64,000 nt of DNA from Candidatus Cloacimonadales bacterium (GTDB taxonomy: Bacteria; Cloacimonadota; Cloacimonadia; Cloacimonadales; JAFGVF01): positions 1,632,001 through 1,696,000 of the forward strand of contig OY762964.1 of NCBI GenBank assembly GCA_963667035.1, given 5' to 3'. Positions 17,889 to 26,604 of the stretch are shown piece after piece. A program made the translations under genes and the position numbers. Under the pieces are notes generated by a model. The model had not been told where the DNA came from. It saw only the letters and a list, made by a program, of their open reading frames with translations, and made no database searches. Numbering within the stretch: position 1 is the stretch's first letter; each line of letters begins with the position of its first letter.

Positions 17889-20618
17889 ATGATAAAAGAA
17901 TTTTTTGCACGTATTTTCCCGACTAAATCCCCGGAAATACCCGACACTAAAACGATAGGAGTCACTGCTCCAGATACTTCAGAATACTATTCTCTCGCTT
18001 TTGAACCAAATACAATCAAAGCAGCATTCAGTGCTAAAGAGTATGATGGCTCAATCTCAGACTTACATAATCTCTTCAGCACCTTCCTTGAGGCAGACGA
18101 TAATGCCGGTGGTTGTGTTGAAGTTAGAGAAGAAGCTCTTAAGGCTGCTATTCCGGTAATCACCAACACAGACCTGAGTGATAAACAGCTTGAGGTTCTG
18201 AAGCCAATCCTTGCTAGTATCTGGTCTCCCATGGCTGAAATGGTTGTTGAATACAAGCTCTATGGTCATCTATTCCGTCAGATCATATGGGACTTTGATG
18301 GTTCTATCTGGAAACCTAAAGAATATCGTAGTTACAAAAACGTTGATTTAAAGCTCAAAGATGGTGAACTATGTTTGTACCTTGAAGATGAGAAGAAAAC
18401 GCTCAATCCCCTCAAATTCTTCGCTTTAACAAGAAAGAAATCACCTCTACAAGGATTGTTGAAGTACTACTGCTTCGCTTTTTTTTCAATTAACAACTGG
18501 GCTGCTTTTACCGAAGTCTTCGGGAAGCCATACATTGTGGGTAAATACTCACCACAAGCAACAAAAGCAGATAAAGACAAACTATTTGAGTTTATTTCTT
18601 CTGCAGGTAACGACATGGCAGGTATAATCTCAGAGTCAACTGCTATTGAGTTTATGCACTATGCCGACAAACAAGCTTCTTCTGACCTATATTCTAATTT
18701 AGTAAAATTTACACAGGACCGTGTAACCCGTAGAATCCTTGGTCAAACTCTCACGACAACTGCTGAAAAAACAGGTTCTTATGCTCAAAGTAAGGTTCAC
18801 AATCTTGTCAGAGAAGACATCCTTGCCGGTGACATCAGAGATGCAACAAATCTGCTACAATTCCACATAAACCAAATAGCAGCTATCAACTTAGGAATAG
18901 AAGGCATAGAGATTAAAATTGAGCCAACCTCTCAAAAGGATCTCAAAGAACGTATCAATATCGATGAGAAACTGAACAATATCATTGTGATCACACCTGA
19001 TTACTTCTATGAAACATACGGTATCCCAATTCCCAAGGACGGAGCTAAGTTCAAAGAAAAGGAATCAACCTCCCCTTTTCACGGTAGGGAGCAAGGTAGT
19101 TTGTCAGAGCAAAGCGACAACGGACTTCATCTGCTCCCTACTGGACTGGGTACGCGAGCTTCTAGCTCGCAATCCTCTTTACCTACAGCCTCACAAAAAG
19201 CTTTAGTGTCCGTTAGAAAGCGTGTCGACAACCTAAAATCGTATCAGGAAGTCAAGGATTTGGCATATCCCACCGACTTATATCTTGCTCTGGGAAATGA
19301 CATGTGGAGCATGGTTCTGAATAGCTACATCAAAGTAAGAAAACAACAAGGTAAGAAGACCAAACTGGGTACGCAAGCATCCTTGCTTGCAACTGGGACC
19401 GCAGGCATCTTGCCTGCCACTGGGAACGCGGACATCCCTGTCCGCACTGGGTACGCAGGCATCTTGCCTGCACAATCCCTCGAATTCGAGTTCGAGTTCA
19501 CAGACCAAGATATTGAAGCACTGAACGCTTTCAGATCTGAAAGTTTTATCGTTGCCGGTGTTTCATCTCAAAGTGTCCTAGACCTTGTCAAAAACGAAGC
19601 CGAGAAGGCTTTCACTGAGGGTCTTGATTTCACTGAGTTCCGGAAGAATTTGAAGCTTCAGGGATTCGAACCCAAAAACCCATATTACTTGCGTACAAAC
19701 TTCAATACAGCCTTTGCAAACGCTCAAGCTGCTGCCAAATGGCAAAACATACAAGAGGACAAGAAGCTCTTCCCATACCTCCGTTATGTCGCTATAATGG
19801 ACGGTAAAACAAGAGATGAACATGCAATCCTTCATAATATTATCAGACCGGTTGAAGATCCTTTCTGGAATGACCACACTCCACCGAACGGCTTTAATTG
19901 CAGGTGTGATTTAGAACAGGAAACACCGACTGAAGCTGAAAATGATCCTGGACTAAAGAGACCTATCCCACCAAACACAAATGTCCCACCGGAATGGCGT
20001 CGCAATGCCGGCAAAGACAAAACCCTCTTCGGTTCCTGGTTATCCTGTGAAGATGCTAAGAGTCTTCAGGATGCAAATCCGGGCATCAACCCTATGGCTC
20101 TTAGGCTACATCTTTTCTATGCCTTAAAAAAGCATTGTCCTTTGCTCTACGCAAAGAAAGCTCCTGAGCTTGGGCTGAAGGAATGGGAGAAACTTAAAAC
20201 TCACAAACTACCGGAACTCATAGACACCAATGGAATGACTCGTGAAGACTTGTTTAAGTTATGGAAGAAGAAAATGAATGATAGTATTGTCATCGATGCA
20301 ACCAACGACCCTGTTAAACTAAAGAGCTCAGTTTACAAATGGAATCAAAAAAAGAATGGGAAACTTGAGTATAGCGATAAGAATCTTCAAGGTAGATTCA
20401 GGTACTTGAACTGCATAGAAGACACTCTTAAGAATCCAACGGAGATATGGGGACAAGAGGATAGAAAGCGTTTCAGATATATCAAGAAATACGAAACCGG
20501 TGTTATGGTTGTAACCGAAGTTGAAGCCGATGGCAAAGCTGGTATGTTTAATATCATAGCGTCAAATAAAGGCTATATAAATGCACGCCGTTCAGGCTTC
20601 TTAATCTATTCCGAATGA
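17889..20618 (+). CDS. Portal (DUF935-like) fused to MuF head protein and C-terminal PBECR2-like nuclease-fold domain
   Basis: WAAFTEVFGKP, ILGQTLTT, GSYAQSKVH (portal); DGKTRDEH, DPFW..TPPNGFNCRC (MuF); DTLKNPTEIW..RYIKKY..YINARRSGFLIY. Confidence 0.88.
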   Translation: MIKEFFARIFPTKSPEIPDTKTIGVTAPDTSEYYSLAFEPNTIKAAFSAKEYDGSISDLHNLFSTFLEADDNAGGCVEVREEALKAAIPVITNTDLSDKQLEVLKPILASIWSPMAEMVVEYKLYGHLFRQIIWDFDGSIWKPKEYRSYKNVDLKLKDGELCLYLEDEKKTLNPLKFFALTRKKSPLQGLLKYYCFAFFSINNWAAFTEVFGKPYIVGKYSPQATKADKDKLFEFISSAGNDMAGIISESTAIEFMHYADKQASSDLYSNLVKFTQDRVTRRILGQTLTTTAEKTGSYAQSKVHNLVREDILAGDIRDATNLLQFHINQIAAINLGIEGIEIKIEPTSQKDLKERINIDEKLNNIIVITPDYFYETYGIPIPKDGAKFKEKESTSPFHGREQGSLSEQSDNGLHLLPTGLGTRASSSQSSLPTASQKALVSVRKRVDNLKSYQEVKDLAYPTDLYLALGNDMWSMVLNSYIKVRKQQGKKTKLGTQASLLATGTAGILPATGNADIPVRTGYAGILPAQSLEFEFEFTDQDIEALNAFRSESFIVAGVSSQSVLDLVKNEAEKAFTEGLDFTEFRKNLKLQGFEPKNPYYLRTNFNTAFANAQAAAKWQNIQEDKKLFPYLRYVAIMDGKTRDEHAILHNIIRPVEDPFWNDHTPPNGFNCRCDLEQETPTEAENDPGLKRPIPPNTNVPPEWRRNAGKDKTLFGSWLSCEDAKSLQDANPGINPMALRLHLFYALKKHCPLLYAKKAPELGLKEWEKLKTHKLPELIDTNGMTREDLFKLWKKKMNDSIVIDATNDPVKLKSSVYKWNQKKNGKLEYSDKNLQGRFRYLNCIEDTLKNPTEIWGQEDRKRFRYIKKYETGVMVVTEVEADGKAGMFNIIASNKGYINARRSGFLIYSE
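19084..19171 (+). repeat. GTAG...CTAC hairpin element plus one ACTGGG REP-like unit, in frame in portal-MuF linker
   Basis: GTAGGGAGCA(19084-93)/TGCTCCCTAC(19132-41); ACTGGGTAC-GCGAGCT-TCT-AGCTCGC (19145-70). Confidence 0.8.
19364..19472 (+). repeat. Four tandem REP-like units (27-28 bp), translated in frame
   Basis: Units start 19364, 19392, 19419, 19446; encode LGTQASLLA-TGTAGILPA-TGNADIPVR-TGYAGILPA. Confidence 0.92.
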
Positions 20619-20630
20619 TCCATATAAATC

Positions 20631-20659
20631 AAAAGAGGAGACCGATGTCTCCTCTTTTT
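20631..20659. terminator. Bidirectional rho-independent terminator
   Basis: AAAGAGGAGAC-cgat-GTCTCCTCTTT followed by T run, between convergent genes. Confidence 0.75.
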
Positions 20660-20781
20660 CTTATAGTTGACCGTTTCCCTTCAACGAGCCATGCGGTTAA
20701 TCCGTTTAGGCAATGTTAATCTTTATCACTCAATCATTCCTGTCAACATCTATATTCATTACAAGACGTTCCTTTTTTAGT

Positions 20782-21027
20782 TTATAATCCGAGTTCTTTT
20801 AGCTTGCTAAAGTCTATACGCAACACTACATAATTAATTCCTCTTACTTCAAGTTTATCATCATAGCAACTTACCTTGATATTGCGTGATAATGTTTTTC
20901 CGTCTTCCCACGTTTCGATAACATGCTCAACACCTGTCTCTCTAGTTAGATTTATGGCTATTCTTACCATTTCTTCTAAAGTTCTATGGTAACTGTCATT
21001 AATCATCTCGCCAAAACTTTTATACAT
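20782..21027 (-). CDS. Small hypothetical protein (moron-like)
   Basis: AAGGAG RBS; AT-rich upstream with TTGACA on - at 21071-21076. Confidence 0.6.
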   Translation of the reverse strand: MYKSFGEMINDSYHRTLEEMVRIAINLTRETGVEHVIETWEDGKTLSRNIKVSCYDDKLEVRGINYVVLRIDFSKLKELGL

Positions 21028-21162
21028 ACGCTTACTCCTTTATAGCTTAATAAATACATTTAAATTATAATGTCAAATACAAATCATAATATCAAGAGCT
21101 AAGGAGTTCGTCATACTGAAAGGAAAACGGACTTCTTCAGCTCCGGCAATATGTGATAAATC

Positions 21163-21528
21163 TCAACTCCCATAATAGATATTCCTAGCAGTCTTTACAC
21201 TCATGAAGTACTTAGGTGCAACGACAGAAAAGGCTTCCTTTGCCTTGTAACCGGCACCAATTAAGCTATCTATCTCCTTAACTATTTTAGTATTTCTAAC
21301 AAGCTTAGGGTTCTTAGTTTCACGTTTTTGTAACTCAGGAGGCTTCCGTCCGGGATAAACTCGTTTAAAAACATCGGCATAAGAAGCAGTTCCGGGAGTT
21401 AAAGATGCCAATCTCTTTCTATTAGCTATTTGTTCCTGAAGATAGTACTTTCTCAATGTGCAATTCTTTCGTATTACTGGAGTACACGTATCCTTATGTC
21501 TGCAAGCTTTTACTGAGCACTTTATCAT
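21163..21528 (-). CDS. Putative late-transcription activator (C-terminal HTH-like)
   Basis: Last gene of early/middle operon, as Mu C/Mor; 'RNTKI...VAPKYFMSVKTARNIYY'. Confidence 0.5.
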   Translation of the reverse strand: MIKCSVKACRHKDTCTPVIRKNCTLRKYYLQEQIANRKRLASLTPGTASYADVFKRVYPGRKPPELQKRETKNPKLVRNTKIVKEIDSLIGAGYKAKEAFSVVAPKYFMSVKTARNIYYGS

Positions 21529-21544
21529 TTACTATTCTCCCCTT

Positions 21545-21597
21545 ACTGGGTACGCGAGCTTCCAGCTCGCACTGGGACCGCAGGCATCTTGCCTGCA
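21545..21597 (+). repeat. Two tandem REP-like units, intergenic
   Basis: ACTGGGTACGCGAGCTTCCAGCTCGC + ACTGGGACCGCAGGCATCTTGCCTGCA. Confidence 0.9.
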
Positions 21598-21625
21598 TTT
21601 TTTCCACTATTTCCCACCAAGTCCA

Positions 21626-22234
21626 TCATTCTTCCTCCTGGTTACTAAGTGGCTTCCCGGTCTTCTTATCTATTTTCAAGGTTGAAGGATTAGGAACCTT
21701 ACCTTCAGTTTTCTCTCGTTGTACTCGTTCCAATCGCTCCATATTGCTCTCATATCGCCAAGTTTTGGTAGCTATCTCAGATTTTCGCTTTTCGGCTATT
21801 CTTTGCGAGTTCTCTGTTCGAGACTGGTCGGAATACCATTCATTCAAATAGTTCTCAAATTTCTTGGAAAATAGCGTTGCAGGACGCAAGAACTTACTCC
21901 AGTCTGTTTGATTATCATCGCAGTTCAACCAATCCTTGCACTTGATATCGATAACATGCTTGAAATCATCTAGCGTATACTTGTCGTTGATGAGTCCTTG
22001 AATCAACCTTCTCGTTTCACTATTACTAGCTCTGAAGTGTTTCCCGGTCTTTTCATTTAGATAGTTAACCACGCTTTCAATCATCTCAGTATTCTCTGTA
22101 ACCTTTGACTTCTTAGCCTTTAAACTCTTTTTAACCCGGTAGAGGAAGTTGCGGATCTTTCCATCCACAACATCCTTACCAAGCTCTTCAGCTAACGCAT
22201 CATACAACTCACGAGGGAATGACATTCTAACCAC
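21626..22234 (-). CDS. Protein with conserved phage C-terminal (Phg_2220_C-like) domain
   Basis: VVNYLNEKTGKHFR...DFKHVIDIKCKDW...FLRPATLFSKKFENYLNE. Confidence 0.85.
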   Translation of the reverse strand: MVRMSFPRELYDALAEELGKDVVDGKIRNFLYRVKKSLKAKKSKVTENTEMIESVVNYLNEKTGKHFRASNSETRRLIQGLINDKYTLDDFKHVIDIKCKDWLNCDDNQTDWSKFLRPATLFSKKFENYLNEWYSDQSRTENSQRIAEKRKSEIATKTWRYESNMERLERVQREKTEGKVPNPSTLKIDKKTGKPLSNQEEE

Positions 22235-22901
22235 CTATCATAGTGTGCATGTTCTCTGTTCTGGAAGCTATCCCATCCTTATAACCTTGAACGAATGCTT
22301 CATCATTTACCTTTGTTTTTCGAGGTTTACGATGTTGAACAGGACTGTACTTCTCCTTACAATACTCAACAACTGCTTCAGGAGTTGCTAACACTAAACC
22401 GTACTTCTCTACATTTTGTGCATATCTCCTTTGCAGACCGACTATGAATCCAGTGAAGTAGCTGTTCTTAGCTTGATTTATATGTTTCTGATATCTTTTA
22501 CCTCGCTTAAACCTCAACCCTGCCTTGTATTTCTTTAAGAATATACGCCACAGTTGCTTGAGTGAGTTCACAGCAAAGTGTGCAGACTTTTCAGCGATTT
22601 CGACATCTGACTCCATACCAATAAAAGCAAACTGCCCACCACTACACAAATCGACGAGTTTGCAGTTGAAATTGTACGCTATAACAGACATCAAATCTCT
22701 GTACCACTTCGGAAGAGTAGAGTAACCAGAATCTCTCTTCTTATCAGATACTTTTTCAGTATCAATCTGCTTCATCCCCAGTCCAAACTTCATAGCAATC
22801 TCCTGAGCCTTCGCTAAAGCAGCGAAGGCTTCATTCTGATTAGGAGATCCAGAAAGCTTCAGAAGTTTACTTATCTTCTCTTGAGCTTGTTCTTTAGTCA
22901 T
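22227..22901 (-). CDS. DUF2786-domain protein
   Basis: EKISKLLKLSGSPNQNEAFAALAKAQEIAMKFGL. Confidence 0.85.
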   Translation of the reverse strand: MTKEQAQEKISKLLKLSGSPNQNEAFAALAKAQEIAMKFGLGMKQIDTEKVSDKKRDSGYSTLPKWYRDLMSVIAYNFNCKLVDLCSGGQFAFIGMESDVEIAEKSAHFAVNSLKQLWRIFLKKYKAGLRFKRGKRYQKHINQAKNSYFTGFIVGLQRRYAQNVEKYGLVLATPEAVVEYCKEKYSPVQHRKPRKTKVNDEAFVQGYKDGIASRTENMHTMIGG

Positions 22902-22905
22902 ATAT

Positions 22906-23520
22906 CTAACTCAACTTAGTTTGATATTTCGACAATTGCAACCCAAGGTCATCCCATGCAAAACTAGGGAAATCAGGCTTATATCCATTTACGTCTCTGT
23001 GAGATAGTATCGTTAACGGTTTGCCAAAGATTGTGTTATATTCAACCATCAACTCATGAAGTGACCTGATTTGCTCAGGAGTTGGGTGCTGATAAAAAAC
23101 ACCTTTCAACTTTTCCCAATGAGTACCTGTTTTAATCTCAGGTTGCACACCCCAGGATACCAAGGCAATTCCAATAGATTGTGAATCCATTGTGTTGCCT
23201 TTTCCGGTATGATTGGCATATCTAATTGTAGGATCAACACATCTATAAATTGTGCCATCTCGGTCAATAATGTCATTGTATACAACTGATCCATCACCCA
23301 CTCCATCACCATCAATATCGTGACGATTATTGAGCCAGTTAATAGCCGATTCAGCACTACCGGAAGCCGTCCAGTGAATCACAATTCGCTTTGGTTTGCT
23401 ATTGTTCCCTTTTGCAAATGAATTATCTAAGAACATTAATCGCTTATCTACAGTCTTCAGAGCCCAATCAAACACAGGGCTGTATTTAAACTCTGTCATT
23501 TTTCTCTTTGCATTTTGCAT
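22906..23520 (-). CDS. N-acetylmuramoyl-L-alanine amidase (Amidase_2), probable endolysin
   Basis: IVIHWTA, IIDRDGTI, ANHTG, SIGIAL, ILSHRD. Confidence 0.85.
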   Translation of the reverse strand: MQNAKRKMTEFKYSPVFDWALKTVDKRLMFLDNSFAKGNNSKPKRIVIHWTASGSAESAINWLNNRHDIDGDGVGDGSVVYNDIIDRDGTIYRCVDPTIRYANHTGKGNTMDSQSIGIALVSWGVQPEIKTGTHWEKLKGVFYQHPTPEQIRSLHELMVEYNTIFGKPLTILSHRDVNGYKPDFPSFAWDDLGLQLSKYQTKLS

Positions 23521-23532
23521 TAGTAACTCCTC

Positions 23533-24159
23533 CTACATGCTAGCGTAATTAGTGCCAATCTTAACCCAATCAACATACACTTTCACACCCTTACCTCTAT
23601 CCTCTTCAACTTCTTTTTTCACAGAGATATCGGTGTAAGACTTCTTCTCAATCACCTTCATGTTCTCAAGGATCAATTTCACTGCTTCCTGATATGGCTT
23701 ATCTTTGAACCCGTAAGAACACAGCTTATTAAGCTGGCTCTTGGAAATTTTACCGGATGATTTCACAGTCAGAACATCCTTCAGGATTATCCTGATCTTT
23801 TGGTTCAGATCTGGTTGAAGGTTTTCGACCCATTCGGAAATCATTTGGATACCGGCAGAAACATTGGTGTCGATAGCTACTATTTCAGAGAACTTAGTTT
23901 CAACCTTGATTGTGCCGTCTGCAGAATAATCTACGGCAAAGCCATCCCACTCGGTGAGCCCGGTATCTTTAGCTTTCTTATCAAGGTACTCTTCAGTAAG
24001 ATCTTTTTCAATACCTCGTGAGCGTATCATTGCTTTCACGATTGCCATCCTAGTTTTGTACATCTCACGTACATAGATGTCAGCATCCACAACCTCTGGG
24101 CGGAGTAACTCCGCCCTTACATTGCCATCTGCTGTTTTTATGAACTTAGGTCTGCTCAT
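23533..24159 (-). CDS. DUF3164-like Mu-type early protein
   Basis: 'YSADGTIKVE...IDTNVSAGIQMISEWV' pattern. Confidence 0.6.
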   Translation of the reverse strand: MSRPKFIKTADGNVRAELLRPEVVDADIYVREMYKTRMAIVKAMIRSRGIEKDLTEEYLDKKAKDTGLTEWDGFAVDYSADGTIKVETKFSEIVAIDTNVSAGIQMISEWVENLQPDLNQKIRIILKDVLTVKSSGKISKSQLNKLCSYGFKDKPYQEAVKLILENMKVIEKKSYTDISVKKEVEEDRGKGVKVYVDWVKIGTNYASM

Positions 24160-24779
24160 ACCGGTTGTCCTCCCTGTGTTGCTTCATCTTCAAAACGACG
24201 CTGACGCTCCTTAATGATCTCTTTCAAATCATCGAGATCAGCATCTTGGAAGTAGAGAGCTAGTTTGAAATCTAGCTCTTTCCGGGAACAGTTAAAGAAT
24301 GTGACCATATTCTCTAGATATTGTTCAATCAACAGGTCTTTAGAAGAGCGTTTATTCTCTTTTTCTTGCTGTCTAATCTCTTTGATCTTATCCTTCAGGT
24401 CTGCAGTGTTCATACCTTTGGCACATTCAATCCACTCTTCTTGTTCAGCATAACTCTCAGCTTTCTCTACAAATGGACGCACCATATCAAGACGCTCAAA
24501 ACCAATTTGCTTAAGTTCAGCTTCATCAATATCAAGCTCTTCTGAGTAAAGCTCAAATGCTTTGATAATCTTAGCTGCGAGGGATGATTTTAGGTTATAC
24601 TCAACCTCAACAAAGTTCTTAAAGCTCTTATAGCCTTTGATTTTAAAGCTACCTTTTCGCTTGATATCTGAGAGAACCTGTCCTAACATCAGATACTTCT
24701 CTTCAAGTGTTTTCATCAGGATGTTCACAGACTCGAACTTCTCCTGTGGTGTCATTTCCATGCTCAATTCTTTTTCCAT
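24156..24779 (-). CDS. Hypothetical phage protein, probable DNA-binding
   Basis: LGQVLSDIK...GYKSFKNFVEVEYNL motif; coiled-coil C-terminus. Confidence 0.55.
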   Translation of the reverse strand: MEKELSMEMTPQEKFESVNILMKTLEEKYLMLGQVLSDIKRKGSFKIKGYKSFKNFVEVEYNLKSSLAAKIIKAFELYSEELDIDEAELKQIGFERLDMVRPFVEKAESYAEQEEWIECAKGMNTADLKDKIKEIRQQEKENKRSSKDLLIEQYLENMVTFFNCSRKELDFKLALYFQDADLDDLKEIIKERQRRFEDEATQGGQPV

Positions 24780-24789
24780 TCATTACTCC

Positions 24790-24981
24790 TTACTTTCTTA
24801 AGTCTTCTATCTCTTCAACTTGCTCAATCTTGGATATTGTTGTGCACCATTGCCTATGATTGAGCCAATCTACCATCTGTCCAAAGTCATCAGCAGTGAC
24901 CTTGGTAACCTTCTTCACAGTATTAGAATCATCACTTGTGTGAGTGATTTCCCATAGTTTAACTCTCATTCTTTGCTCCAT
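24790..24981 (-). CDS. Small hypothetical phage protein
   Basis: Fills gap in co-oriented operon. Confidence 0.5.
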   Translation of the reverse strand: MEQRMRVKLWEITHTSDDSNTVKKVTKVTADDFGQMVDWLNHRQWCTTISKIEQVEEIEDLRK

Positions 24982-25342
24982 ATGTCTTAAGTACTGCTAT
25001 CAGTTGCTTGCGTTCTTTCTCGGTCAGACTCGTTAATCGAGACTTACCGAACTTCTTATCGATATACTTCTTAACTCGTCCGATGTTCCATCCTGCCAAA
25101 GTCATCAGCTTCAAAAGGTGTTCCTCTTTCGGACTATATTGCTCATCATATTGTTGCCCCCCGGAGATAAGGTTCTTTATCTCCACCAGGCATGGAATTG
25201 ATAATCCTTTGAGTGTCCTACCATAACCCCAGCCTTCCATCATATCTTTACGGTCATCTGCAGAGATCTTGCGTTTACTACATTCGATATTGATGGCAGC
25301 TTTAAGCTTGTTTGATGTTTGAATGTAGTTCTTAGACATCAA
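24959..25342 (-). CDS. GemA/DUF1018-like Mu regulatory protein
   Basis: 'ISADDRKDMM...TLKGLS' and 'LTEKERKQLIAVLK' pattern. Confidence 0.6.
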   Translation of the reverse strand: MMSKNYIQTSNKLKAAINIECSKRKISADDRKDMMEGWGYGRTLKGLSIPCLVEIKNLISGGQQYDEQYSPKEEHLLKLMTLAGWNIGRVKKYIDKKFGKSRLTSLTEKERKQLIAVLKTYGAKNES

Positions 25343-25895
25343 GCTTCCCCAATCTTCTTCTAATTTCAGCTATTTCAGCCTTAACTTTTGCCCTTCTTGC
25401 AAGATATTCAGGATCTTTATATGCACTTGGTTTTCTTAATTTTGCTGCTTGTTTTCTATATGTTCGGTAAGTTAGTAAATTATCTGGGACATCATCTTTT
25501 ATCTTAATGATCATGCCGTTGTAATGTTCTATACACCCAATGACTTCTAGACAAAGGCAGTAGCGATAGATTGTTTCTACACTTCTGCTACAAGCTTCTG
25601 CAACTGTTTCAATATATTGCTTCTCAGATGAAGTAACTCTGAGAATTTGATTGATGATAGCAATCTTAGGAACCCAATCCCATCCCTGACTCGGTAGCTC
25701 CAATGGAGCCAATTTATAAATCGTGCGACCGTTAACAACTCCAGCCTTAACAATAATCCCTCTCTTCAAGAAATCGCTGAAATAGCTTCGTACATTCTCA
25801 ACCTTTACTCCGGTAATGCTGCTAGCCTTGTTTGCTGTAAAAGCTCCGGAAGAGTTAATACAGAACTTGCGAACCATCTCCTTATAATTCACCAT
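25332..25895 (-). CDS. Hypothetical winged-HTH-like protein
   Basis: Follows ATPase; two HTH-like segments. Confidence 0.5.
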   Translation of the reverse strand: MVNYKEMVRKFCINSSGAFTANKASSITGVKVENVRSYFSDFLKRGIIVKAGVVNGRTIYKLAPLELPSQGWDWVPKIAIINQILRVTSSEKQYIETVAEACSRSVETIYRYCLCLEVIGCIEHYNGMIIKIKDDVPDNLLTYRTYRKQAAKLRKPSAYKDPEYLARRAKVKAEIAEIRRRLGKLDV

Positions 25896-26604
25896 TAGCT
25901 ACCTTCCTATCTAATATTTCTAATACTTTTTCTGCTTGTCTAAGATCATAATGCCCTGTTGAGTTCCCTGCATCTTCACCTAATTTTGAAAGAACCCACT
26001 TGATCACACTATCATCAATTTTAAATGAACGCCTTTGATTTCTTAAGAACTCAACAAACTCGGTTTTTGTAAGTCTTTTGAATTCAGTGACCCTAAGCAC
26101 ACGGTTGAAATAATGAGTATTGAATCTGAGGATCTTTCGATCGAGGTTCTCTTCTCCAACGAATACTACTACGCAATAAGTTGTATCAAGTAAGTCTCTG
26201 ATACCCTCAAAGATATCCCTATTCTTTCTGTCCATTCTCACTATGTGGTCTACTTCATCAATATAGATGACTGTATTGGGGTGATTCTCTAAGATCTCAC
26301 GAATCCCTGCTTTCATCATCGAGGCACGGCGTCCAACATGTGGGTATTCATTATGTAGCTTTGAAAGCTGGTGAAACATCCGTTCAAAAAAGCTCAGTGG
26401 TGTGTCTTGGCAGTCTGTGCGTACTAAAACAGACGATTCTTGTATTAGTGACATTTGTGTAGCCCATCTGCTTTTACCTGTAGAGGTGATTCCTTGGACT
26501 ACCATAGCTCCTACAAGCTCATCAACATCTCGTGCAAGTACTTCATTTAAACATCTCTCTGCTTCTTTTGTGTACTTGGTATCAACATAATGCAGATTCT
26601 TCAT
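25882..26604 (-). CDS. MuB/TniB-like AAA+ transposition ATPase
   Basis: GITSTGKS Walker A, IYIDEVD Walker B, IRDLLD..VVFVGE; overlaps transposase stop. Confidence 0.88.
   Translation of the reverse strand: MKNLHYVDTKYTKEAERCLNEVLARDVDELVGAMVVQGITSTGKSRWATQMSLIQESSVLVRTDCQDTPLSFFERMFHQLSKLHNEYPHVGRRASMMKAGIREILENHPNTVIYIDEVDHIVRMDRKNRDIFEGIRDLLDTTYCVVVFVGEENLDRKILRFNTHYFNRVLRVTEFKRLTKTEFVEFLRNQRRSFKIDDSVIKWVLSKLGEDAGNSTGHYDLRQAEKVLEILDRKVANGEL

Noticed and set aside
19364..19472. CRISPR-like mini array
   Set aside because: Palindromic units abut with no spacers, vary in stem sequence, lie in an ORF; no cas genes.
14600..20700. Invertible segment explaining the + strand operon
   Set aside because: No invertase or flanking inverted repeats seen; divergent promoter and terminator suggest a fixed layout.
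21456..21851. Plus-strand ORFs sharing 'LGTRASSS/TGYA' peptides with the portal gene
   Set aside because: Similarity comes from the DNA repeat; ORFs are antisense to real genes.
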